NCBI RefSeq assembly: GCF_000022265.1
Contig: NC_011979.1
Coordinates: 3,060,001-3,092,000 of the forward strand
Direction: 5' to 3'
DNA: 32,000 nucleotides
Origin: Geotalea daltonii FRC-32
Lineage (GTDB): Bacteria; Desulfobacterota; Desulfuromonadia; Geobacterales; Geobacteraceae
Shown in pieces: positions 18,571-25,700 of this stretch; positions within the stretch are counted from its first letter, which is position 1, and each line of letters starts with the position of its first letter. The position numbers and the translations under genes were made by a program. The notes under the pieces are model-generated. The model had not been told where the DNA came from. It ran no database searches and was given only the letters and a program-made list of their open reading frames with translations.

Positions 18571-21024
18571 TCAACCTATAAATCGCCTAATTTCAAATCT
18601 GTAGAAATCATTAACTGTCTGGAGAAACTCGTCTAGCGCTGGTGTAGCTCGTAGGTTATTGAATTCGTCGAACTCAAGATTGTTTAGCTGTCCGTCCTCT
18701 TCTAGCCTCGAAACCATTCCCACACTCAAGCCGTATTTTGTCAATCGAATCTTCTTCTCATCATTAGTTCCATATATGTATAGGTTGTACTCATCCGTGG
18801 AAATAAGGTGGTAATCAAACAGCATCACTATGAACTTGTTGATCTTGAAACTTACGAAATCGTCCTCCATTTTGAGCTTAACCACGGCCAAATTGACGAG
18901 TTGTCTATCATTCTTGATCGCAAGGTCGACATAGGTGTTGTTGGAAGGACTGAGATAGGATGCCGTTTCGTAAGGCTCCTCTCCGTATGATTTGCCAAAA
19001 TACATCTTGCTGTTGTTTGAGTTCACTTTCTGCTTGAAATACTGGATCTGCGAGTTGATGTTCTCGTTCAGCGCCTTCTTTTGCGCTATCAGTATATGGG
19101 ACTCGTAGTAGTTTCTGGTTTCGGCGTGCGACAGACGTTTGATCTCAGCGTCACTTATGCTGTCAATCTCTCGCAAGAAAAGATACTCAATCTTCTCCAT
19201 CATGGGTGCGGCCGTCCACCATTCTGGGGGGCATGAAGCGAGGGTAGGTGATTCTGCAATAATCCGACGTACTACTTCGTCGGGATCAGAGTAGAATTCA
19301 ATAATCCCAGATTGGATTAGATATGCCTTTATTTCATCATCCATCGTCTGTGGCGTATCTGTTAAAAAACGCTCGTTTTCCTGCACCATGGTCACTTTTT
19401 CAAGGTACTTCTCTTTGGATTCAACCGGCATGGAGAGTGCTTCTATATCAAATGCTTCAAGCATTGGGTTCTTAATCTCATCATCAAAAACGCGGCTTCT
19501 GAGGAGAGCTATCTTGTTCTCCATTTTGCTCTTAGCGCTATTGTGTTCCTCGTTATTTACAAAGTGAACCTTTGGTAGGAGCCGCTCTAACCTGTTTCCC
19601 TTTTGCCCGAATATAGTGTTGAGCCTGTTGACACGGCCAATTAGATTCATGAGTTCCTTGCCGCGAAGAGAGTAAGTGTTGAATATGAAGAGTGTATCGA
19701 TTGGGAAATTCATGCCTTCAAGAATAACTGAATTTGCAACGACATATTTGAGCTCAGGCAGATCTTTATATTTGAACTCAAGATATTCTTTCACAAGGTC
19801 AGGAAGCTTTCCATGTAGATAAACGACACCATGCTTTAAGTGTTCGATGGCGTAAAAATCAGGGTGGACTTCATTAGTTAAAATCCGAGCCAACTCACTA
19901 ACCTTATCAGTGGGCTCGATCTGGGGCACCATTTCGCAGAGTTCACCTGCGAGCCGTTCAACCTTTACTGGCCGGTAGTTATACAAGAAGTTTTTCTCTC
20001 CAGAGTTTGCTAGAACATAGTCCTTTATTTCTACGCCCTCGCGCAGTTTATAAGTACTGCCCAGAAATCTATTGTACTGATGTACCTCCTTGTTAAGTCG
20101 CAATTCATATATCTCTGGTTCCTTAACGTTAAATCTGATTACATGTGAAGATATGTTCTGGTCTGGGGCCAATCGAAGACTGTTGGCATCGTTGAGAAGA
20201 GGAGAGAGGTAGATCACACGACTACTTGGATTCAATACGCGGTTCTTAGCTATGACGCGAGAAAGGAGAATGCTTCTGCTGTTCCCCTTGAGAAGATTAT
20301 GAGCCTCGTCAACAAAGACTATATCGAAGCAGGTATTATGCTTGGCGAGCAGACGTAATGCGCGTTCTTGGGTGAATACGGCAATAAACGAATCCTCCCC
20401 GTCATACATTTCGTCATGAATTATCAGCTTTCGTTGTAGATTTGCCTTCCTGATCATCTGAAAAGTCTGGATCAGTAGTGACTTTGTTGGAACTAAGATA
20501 ACGATTCTGCTTGGGATGGTACCTAATCGCTTGATTTGATCTACAATGAGTGAACTTTTACCAAAGGACGTAGGCGCCAAGTAGCAAGACTCTTGAGCGT
20601 TCTCATTCAGGAAAGAGGAGCTTGCGATGAACTGTTCAAGAGTGAGTATGTCATCGCTTTCATTGCGGAACCTGTCAAGCTTGATATCCCCAAGGCAAGT
20701 AATAATGAGATTACTGTCGTAAAGACCATTGGTGAGTATAGCTTTGGCTATTGGATAGAATCCAAAGTTTACAGCGAAGTCGTATAGGGGGGCGTAATCA
20801 GCATATTGTAGAGAGTACTTCAAAATTATGTAATAGGCGAGGTCTGCGTATGAGGTATAACGCCGGTCCTGTTGGTAGCGTCTTATAAATAGCATGGCGG
20901 CAGCAAGAATATACGCTCGATCACCTGGCTTAAGGCTTTCGCCAACAGTTAGTTGTGCGAAGACATCGCGGAATCGCTCCTCCTTCCCAAGACTGGTCAT
21001 CGTTTTCTTTTCGGCGCTCTGCAT
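18571..21024 (-). CDS. hamB: SF2 DEAD/DEAH-box helicase, HamB-like
   Basis: 817 aa. Motif I LAPTSFGKSS, motif II VFVDEAHNL, motif VI LIGRVNRL, plus about 350 aa of C-terminal extension. The start is 4 nt after the stop of the upstream 257 aa gene. Confidence 0.65.
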   Translation of the reverse strand: MQSAEKKTMTSLGKEERFRDVFAQLTVGESLKPGDRAYILAAAMLFIRRYQQDRRYTSYADLAYYIILKYSLQYADYAPLYDFAVNFGFYPIAKAILTNGLYDSNLIITCLGDIKLDRFRNESDDILTLEQFIASSSFLNENAQESCYLAPTSFGKSSLIVDQIKRLGTIPSRIVILVPTKSLLIQTFQMIRKANLQRKLIIHDEMYDGEDSFIAVFTQERALRLLAKHNTCFDIVFVDEAHNLLKGNSRSILLSRVIAKNRVLNPSSRVIYLSPLLNDANSLRLAPDQNISSHVIRFNVKEPEIYELRLNKEVHQYNRFLGSTYKLREGVEIKDYVLANSGEKNFLYNYRPVKVERLAGELCEMVPQIEPTDKVSELARILTNEVHPDFYAIEHLKHGVVYLHGKLPDLVKEYLEFKYKDLPELKYVVANSVILEGMNFPIDTLFIFNTYSLRGKELMNLIGRVNRLNTIFGQKGNRLERLLPKVHFVNNEEHNSAKSKMENKIALLRSRVFDDEIKNPMLEAFDIEALSMPVESKEKYLEKVTMVQENERFLTDTPQTMDDEIKAYLIQSGIIEFYSDPDEVVRRIIAESPTLASCPPEWWTAAPMMEKIEYLFLREIDSISDAEIKRLSHAETRNYYESHILIAQKKALNENINSQIQYFKQKVNSNNSKMYFGKSYGEEPYETASYLSPSNNTYVDLAIKNDRQLVNLAVVKLKMEDDFVSFKINKFIVMLFDYHLISTDEYNLYIYGTNDEKKIRLTKYGLSVGMVSRLEEDGQLNNLEFDEFNNLRATPALDEFLQTVNDFYRFEIRRFIG

Positions 21025-21028
21025 ATGC

Positions 21029-21802
21029 CTAGCCCTCCAGGTATTTCCAGAACAAGTCAGTTGACGCCTTGTTAACGCATATTATTTGGATTTTGCTGAA
21101 GCTAAAGCTTTTCATCAGTTGCTCAAGCTTTGGGGCTAGGTCACCGACGTCGATATCGGACCACTCTCCTTCAAGAAACAGCGTTGAACCAGGAATGATA
21201 TTGAATGAGGCTATGTCCTGACGTGTACCAAGAGTGAACGCCCTAGCCAGAGCTTTCAGATTCTGCCGGATACTTTCGGCTGTACCCACATCTACAAGAC
21301 TGGCGTGGTTATATGCATTCTGCCAGGGATTGTTTGCTGGGTTACCAGAAATCTTGTCTTTCAGATCAGAGTAGGCCAATGAGACCTTTGACTCATGCGA
21401 CGCATTCGCCGTCGCCATGGAGCCAGATTTGCTTTCGTAAATCCAAGCCTCTTCTTTAAGGGAGTAATATCCATCAAAGCCCTTCTTAATAGAACCTTCC
21501 TCGAGATTTAGAAACAGGAACTCTTGCTTGAAGCCAATCTCTGTCAAATAAAGGTGCCCGAAAAATTCTGCAATCGCCCCCATCTCTGTTGTAGAGCCCT
21601 TTTTAGGAAGTAAGAATGCTATAAGACGCTGCTTAATTGTAGGTATGTCTGTATCTGTTGCACCTTCGCAGATGGAGACGATACTCGCGTCAATGCGGGA
21701 AGTTATGTCGTCGTTCAGTGTGGGGATGTTGATGAAATGAAGATAATTGCCGTTACCCAAATTTATGCGCTCGAAATCGAAGACATTGCCCTGAAAAGAC
21801 AT
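21029..21802 (-). CDS. hamA: PD-(D/E)xK-like nuclease, HamA (DUF1837)-like
   Basis: I place the start at ATG 21802 (RBS AGGAGA 7 nt upstream). GFDGYY..(10 aa)..IYESKSG fits a D..ExK nuclease motif at a position similar to HamA. Size (257 aa) and position directly upstream of the helicase also fit. Confidence 0.55.
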   Translation of the reverse strand: MSFQGNVFDFERINLGNGNYLHFINIPTLNDDITSRIDASIVSICEGATDTDIPTIKQRLIAFLLPKKGSTTEMGAIAEFFGHLYLTEIGFKQEFLFLNLEEGSIKKGFDGYYSLKEEAWIYESKSGSMATANASHESKVSLAYSDLKDKISGNPANNPWQNAYNHASLVDVGTAESIRQNLKALARAFTLGTRQDIASFNIIPGSTLFLEGEWSDIDVGDLAPKLEQLMKSFSFSKIQIICVNKASTDLFWKYLEG

Positions 21803-21913
21803 TTTCTGTTCTCCTGGGTTCTCATGGCGCACAACCGCTGCACTGAAATCTTTTGAATTTTACCTATAAAAAATCCCCAGCCCTGTGGGAAGCGCAACAA
21901 GGAGAACTTGGAG

Positions 21914-22176
21914 TCGATGGTATAGATGCCTTCCGGTGTCCTGCAATTTCCTTCTTCGGTTTTCTTGCCTTGAGGATTCCGCCCCAGTGCTACCTCATAG
22001 GACTTGAGCGGTTTCCCCTGCCGGAAGAGTGTCAGCCTGCGAGGCCCCTTCTCGATCAGGATCCTGTCAGCAACCACGCCAGCGGCGAGAGGCTTGCTCT
22101 CTGGCTTCCCGAAAATCCAGATCACAGCCACTGAAGCGATGATTATCGCGATAAATGCGAGCAATAGCTTTTTCAC
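21914..22176 (-). pseudogene. 5' fragment (about 87 codons) of an L,D-transpeptidase (YkuD) paralogue
   Basis: From GTG 22176 the product VKKLLLAFIAIIIASVAVIWIFGKPESKPL..CRTPEGIYTID is colinear with the intact copy at 23814-24338. Homology stops abruptly at about 21914, where the hamA upstream region begins. Confidence 0.75.
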
Positions 22177-22251
22177 ATCATAGAAAATTAGGGACACTTC
22201 CCCATTTTTACTAATTGCTTTTTACGTGCGCCCTTGCCCTATCCGTAACTC
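22177..22251 (-). repeat. R unit, diverged copy D (spacer that follows L,D-transpeptidase 3' ends)
   Basis: Hand alignment to R copies A and B (..TTAGGGACAC..TTTTTACTAAT..). It ends at the stop of fragment D and starts 6 nt from the GTG of the 5' fragment. Confidence 0.4.
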
Positions 22252-22274
22252 CTACGGCACTATCTCCACAACCA
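22252..22274 (-). pseudogene. L,D-transpeptidase 3' terminus, fragment D (last 7 codons plus TAG)
   Basis: Contains the 19-nt core GGCACTATCTCCACAACCA (22256-22274). Confidence 0.55.
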
Positions 22275-22280
22275 TGTAGC

Positions 22281-22363
22281 GAAATCCGGGGACACAATAC
22301 GCATTTCCTGGCAACAGCTAGTTCAACCCATCCCCAGCTGCCCTGCGTCTTCTCAGATTCCCC
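22281..22363 (-). repeat. R unit, diverged copy C
   Basis: Starts GAAATCCGGGGACAC and ends ..CTGCGTCTTCTCAGATTCCCC next to the stop of fragment C. Confidence 0.45.
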
Positions 22364-22508
22364 TTACGGCACTATCTCCACAACCACCCCATCCGGCACC
22401 ACCCGCCAAATCTCCTCAATCTCCTGGTTCGTAACCGCAACACATCCCAGCGTCCAATCCCTTATCATGTGCAGCTTGCCGACAAAACCGAGGGCATTGG
22501 GCAGGCCG
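22364..22508 (-). pseudogene. L,D-transpeptidase 3' fragment C (about 48 codons, TAA stop)
   Basis: Encodes ..LPNALGFVGKLHMIRDWTLGCVAVTNQEIEEIWRVVPDGVVVEIVP*. Core 19-mer at 22368-22386. Confidence 0.75.
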
Positions 22509-22510
22509 GG

Positions 22511-22591
22511 GAAATATCCGGGACAGATTTATTTTCTTCTAATATAAAATAGATTGCTTCCCTACAAGAGCGCCTGCGATTCTCTGTCCCC
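22511..22591 (-). repeat. R unit, copy B
   Basis: ATCCGGGACAGATTTATTTTCTTCTAATA.. is near-identical to copy A. 8-bp inverted termini GGGACAGA (22520-22527) / TCTGTCCC (22583-22590). Confidence 0.7.
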
Positions 22592-22815
22592 TCATGGCAC
22601 TATCTCCACAACCACCCCATCAGGAACAACCCGCCAGATCTCCTCAATCTCCGGATTCGTCACGGCAACGCACCCCAGCGTCCAATCCCTTATCAGGTGA
22701 AGCTTACCGACAAAGCCGAGGGCATTGGGCAGGCCGTGGATCATCACATCACCACCTGGTGAAACGCCCCGTGCCTTGGCCTGGGCGACATCCGACGGGC
22801 TGGAGTGGGATAACA
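22592..22815 (-). pseudogene. L,D-transpeptidase 3' fragment B (about 74 codons, TGA stop)
   Basis: Encodes ..SPSDVAQAKARGVSPGGDVMIHGLPNALGFVGKLHLIRDWTLGCVAVTNPEIEEIWRVVPDGVVVEIVP*. Core 19-mer at 22596-22614. Confidence 0.75.
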
Positions 22816-22817
22816 GG

Positions 22818-22858
22818 GACAGGCTGCTTTTTTATTTCTCTTTCTAAAGCAGCCTGTC
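22818..22858 (-). terminator. 13-bp inverted repeat downstream of the secreted-protein gene (possible terminator)
   Basis: GACAGGCTGCTTT (22818-22830) / AAAGCAGCCTGTC (22846-22858). The loop is large (15 nt) and there is no clear U-tract on the - strand. Confidence 0.4.
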
Positions 22859-22894
22859 GCTCTTAATTATTCTTTTAGATCCCGATTTCCGTTA

Positions 22895-23644
22895 TTAAAA
22901 GCTTAACGCTCGCCACGCAATGCTGCCATCAGCGTATTTAGCGCATATCTCCAGGCTATCTTTTACCCCTGCTGCACCGCTCGTGTACCATAGGGTTCCA
23001 AGAGTATCTGTGGTACATGCAGGTTGTACGGCAACCGTGGGGGTGAGGGGGGGATTTTGGCTAAGGTCTGTGCTGGTGGCAATAGCTTTATTTATTTGAA
23101 GACCTCCGCGGAATTGTACAGTAGTTGATGGATCAACATTGGATTGTTTGATTCTCATTACCATTACCGGTCTGATGATATTGCTGGAGATCAGACTATT
23201 ACACTGGTTGAAAACCCTGAATCCACCGTCGCCTGACCCGAACATAGAGGAACATCCATTAGCTGATTTCGGAATCCAATTTGTTCCGTCAAAGGCAGTC
23301 CCTGATGAAACAAAGACATTGTTGGAGCCAGCGGAAGTTATATATCCGCCATTATCCTCGCCGTTATAGGATAAATGGATACTTGAGTCCTTGGCATGCA
23401 AAGTATCATCAGGGTTCGATATGTCCAGTGTGTAACCGGTAGGTCTAGCATTTGGACCTTTAGGGAGATTGATACTTACATATCCAAAAAAATCGGGCCC
23501 ATGTGTTTCGTTTGATTGAATGTTACCGTTCTCAACTATGGTTTCAGCACCTGCGGAGCCAAGGAAGCATATGCTGATACACGCAAAACTTGCCACTAGT
23601 CCTTTTACTTTCTTTACTACTTTCCACAACTCTCTTTCTTGCAT
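22895..23644 (-). CDS. hypothetical secreted protein
   Basis: ATG 23644 is preceded by AGGAGG (6-nt spacing). Signal peptide KVKGLVASFACISICFLGSAGAE. The mature part is rich in Gly/Ser/Asn/Thr with several Cys. I recognise no family. Confidence 0.55.
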   Translation of the reverse strand: MQERELWKVVKKVKGLVASFACISICFLGSAGAETIVENGNIQSNETHGPDFFGYVSINLPKGPNARPTGYTLDISNPDDTLHAKDSSIHLSYNGEDNGGYITSAGSNNVFVSSGTAFDGTNWIPKSANGCSSMFGSGDGGFRVFNQCNSLISSNIIRPVMVMRIKQSNVDPSTTVQFRGGLQINKAIATSTDLSQNPPLTPTVAVQPACTTDTLGTLWYTSGAAGVKDSLEICAKYADGSIAWRALSF

Positions 23645-23726
23645 CCTGTTCCTCCTGTTTTTTGGGTATAGGCCAAAGGCCATTCATGCATCCCCCCAAT
23701 AACTGATAAAAACGGGGGTGTAACTT

Positions 23727-23813
23727 AAAAATCCGGGACAGATCTATTTTCTTCTAATACAAATTATTGAGATAATACTTCCCTACAAAAGCGCCAGCGC
23801 TATGCCTGCCTCT
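23727..23813 (-). repeat. R unit, copy A (downstream of the intact L,D-transpeptidase gene)
   Basis: AAAAATCCGGGACAGATCTATTTTCTTCTAATAC..CCCTACAAAAGCGCC.. aligns with 22511-22591. Confidence 0.7.
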
Positions 23814-24338
23814 TCATGGCACTATCTCCACAACCACCCCATCAGGCACAACCCGCCAAATCTCCTCAATATCCGGATTCGTCACCGCAACGCACCCCAG
23901 CGTCCAATCCCTTATCAGATGCACTTTGCCGACAAAACCGAGGGCGTTGGGCAGGCCGTGGATCATCACATCACCACCCGGCGATACGCTACGTGCCTTG
24001 GCTTGGGCGACATCTGCTGAACTTGGATAGGAAATATGGAGGGCTCGATGATACCTGCTGCTCTGCTTGCGGCGGTCGATGGTATAGATTCCCTCCGGTG
24101 TCCTGCAATCGCCTTCTTCGGTTTTCTTGCCTTGCGGATTCCGTCCCAGGGCTACCTCATAGGTCTTGAGCCGTTTCCCCTGCCTGAAGAGTGTCAGCCT
24201 GCGAGGCCCCTTCTCGATCAGGACCCTATCAGCAACCACACCAGCGGGAAGAGGCTTGCTCTCTGGCTTACCGAGCATCCAGATCACAGCCACTGAACCG
24301 ATGATTATCAATACAAATGCGAGCAATAGCTTTTTCAC
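23814..24338 (-). CDS. L,D-transpeptidase (YkuD/ErfK family), membrane-anchored
   Basis: 174 aa with a GTG start. N-terminal anchor KKLLLAFVLIIIGSVAVIW. Catalytic region IHGLPNALGFVGKVHLIRDWTLGCVAV (the HG...GC motif of YkuD domains). Confidence 0.85.
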   Translation of the reverse strand: MKKLLLAFVLIIIGSVAVIWMLGKPESKPLPAGVVADRVLIEKGPRRLTLFRQGKRLKTYEVALGRNPQGKKTEEGDCRTPEGIYTIDRRKQSSRYHRALHISYPSSADVAQAKARSVSPGGDVMIHGLPNALGFVGKVHLIRDWTLGCVAVTNPDIEEIWRVVPDGVVVEIVP

Positions 24339-24437
24339 ATCAGTCTCTTCTGTTCAAAGACCTTCAGATTTACAAATTAATGAGCTCTTTTCTACTCCTC
24401 CAGCCGCACAAATTCAATAAAAAAATCGCAGAGTTAG

Positions 24438-24474
24438 CTGTAAAATTTTTTTACAGGTGTAAAAAATTTTACAC
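24438..24474. promoter_or_regulatory. two abutting AT-rich palindromes upstream of the L,D-transpeptidase gene
   Basis: CTGTAAAA-TTT-TTTTACAG (24438-24456) is followed directly by GTGTAAAA-AA-TTTTACAC (24457-24474). Confidence 0.4.
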
Positions 24475-24674
24475 ATCGGCAAAAATGGCTGGAATTTAAC
24501 GAGGTTAGAAAGGGCAGGAAAAGAGTGAAGAAAAAGGCAAGGGAGAAATTCGAAGGGTGAAGAGTGAAAAAAATCTGCGGATGGAGTTATTTCACTTCTT
24601 GCTGGCGTTGTTTCTGGTGTTCTTGACTGCGGAGTTCAAGGGGTTGGCGCAGTATTTCGGATACCAGCTCGACA

Positions 24675-24968
24675 TCAAACATAGATCGCTTCCCGATCAA
24701 TACGGCTCTTGAGAAATGCGTTCATTCGGTCGCGGTAATGTACGACGTCAACATGTTCGTGCAGGGCTTCCTCTAGAGTCTCCTTGACATGAACGAGGGT
24801 GTATAGGTTCGGGTCTTTCATCTTGACGACCACATCCACATCGCTCGTCCCTGTCGTCTGCTCGCGGGCTACCGAACCGAAAATCCCAAGTTCTGTAATG
24901 CCATAGCAGTCAAGGAGCTCCTGTTTTAGCCTGCTTAGAACAGCAAGCGCATCATCCCTAAGTATCAT
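24675..24968 (-). CDS. nucleotidyltransferase-domain protein (MNT-type antitoxin), apparently orphan
   Basis: GIFGSVAREQTTGTSDVDVVV (the GS..DxD polymerase-beta-like NTase motif). ATG 24968 follows GGGGG. No HEPN ORF lies downstream. Confidence 0.75.
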   Translation of the reverse strand: MILRDDALAVLSRLKQELLDCYGITELGIFGSVAREQTTGTSDVDVVVKMKDPNLYTLVHVKETLEEALHEHVDVVHYRDRMNAFLKSRIDREAIYV

Positions 24969-25102
24969 ATGACGCCCCCAAATCAGCGAACACTTTTCGA
25001 AGTCCACTAATACAATATTTGCATTAGTGGAGCAAGGCGAAGTTAGAGCATTTCGATCTGCCGTCGCGTGAGTGATTGTTTGACGCAGCCTCTCAACAAC
25101 TC

Positions 25103-25372
25103 TCAGGCTGCCCTCTTCCGCTGGTGCTCCATAGCAGACCTAAGAATCCTGTTGATCCTGGTCTGATAGCCCTTTCCCCCCTGCTTCAGCCAGTCAAGCA
25201 CGTCGGCATCCAGACGAATAGTAACGATCTCTTTTACCGGCCGGTAAAAACGCCCGACGACGGCGCTGCTCCAGTCAGTGTTCTCCGGAATCTCGGAAGT
25301 GTCAATCTCTTCATCGGATATTGCGGCAAGGACCGCCAATTCATCAGCCAACTTTTTATCTGCCTTCTTCAT
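25103..25372 (-). CDS. brnA: BrnA-family antitoxin
   Basis: 89 aa. Has ..EEIDTSEIPE..DW.. and a C-terminal ribbon-helix-helix-like IRLDADVLDWLKQGGKGYQTRINRILRSAM. Overlaps the toxin gene by 17 nt. Confidence 0.8.
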   Translation of the reverse strand: MKKADKKLADELAVLAAISDEEIDTSEIPENTDWSSAVVGRFYRPVKEIVTIRLDADVLDWLKQGGKGYQTRINRILRSAMEHQRKRAA

Positions 25373-25640
25373 ATCGTTGCCTCTCTTTCTTCGTTGCCTT
25401 GCGGGCGGAAATGATGCGGATCATCTCGTCATCATCCTGCTCGACGAAGGAATGAGCCACCAGCAGCACGACCACGTTGCCCACCAAGCCCAACGTCTGC
25501 CAGCGTTCCTCTCCGTTTTCGATCCGGTCGAGAACGCTAAGGTGAAAAGGGTCATCGAAAACAAGGCTGGCTAGTTCAAAACTTACCTTGTGCTTAATCT
25601 TGTTGCTGGTATTTTTGTTTTCGTCCCAGACAAGCTGCAC
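25356..25640 (-). CDS. brnT: BrnT-family toxin (DUF497 ribonuclease)
   Basis: VQLVWDENKNTSNKIKHKVSFELASLVFDDP..RIISARKATKKERQRY. I prefer the GTG at 25640 (GGGAG upstream); the TTG at 25652 is possible. Confidence 0.8.
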   Translation of the reverse strand: MQLVWDENKNTSNKIKHKVSFELASLVFDDPFHLSVLDRIENGEERWQTLGLVGNVVVLLVAHSFVEQDDDEMIRIISARKATKKERQRYEEGR

Positions 25641-25655
25641 GTGTACTCCCAATCG

Positions 25656-25685
25656 TTTACATAATTGTATTTACAGTTATGTAAA
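25656..25685. promoter_or_regulatory. inverted repeat in the brnTA promoter (probable operator)
   Basis: TTTACATAA (25656-25664) / TTATGTAAA (25677-25685), a perfect 9-bp repeat. TTGACT on the - strand is at the complement of 25686-25691. Confidence 0.45.
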
Positions 25686-25700
25686 AGTCAACCAGTTATT

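Noticed and set aside
22177-23836. Regularly spaced repeats that could have been a CRISPR array.
   Set aside because: Repeat lengths are unequal (23-224 nt), the repeats are protein-coding homologues, the spacers are themselves repeated (R units), and no cas genes are present.
22592-23836. Gene 3'-end copies downstream of an intact gene, resembling a diversity-generating retroelement (VR/TR) or silent-cassette antigenic variation.
   Set aside because: No reverse transcriptase gene is nearby. Differences between copies are not adenine-specific and are mostly synonymous or conservative, which fits diverged paralogues rather than mutagenic homing.
22215-24169. The + strand ORFs 22215-22547, 22594-22866 and 23816-24169 encode similar MALSPQPPHQ.. 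proteins, which look like a repeated gene family.
   Set aside because: They are the antisense frames of the L,D-transpeptidase fragments and gene. The similarity is inherited from the - strand coding repeats, which carry the real YkuD motifs.
24598-24678. A 27-codon ORF overlapping the MNT stop, considered as a HEPN toxin.
   Set aside because: It is too short, lacks an Rx4-6H motif and has a low-complexity product. It was kept only as evidence that the partner gene was deleted.
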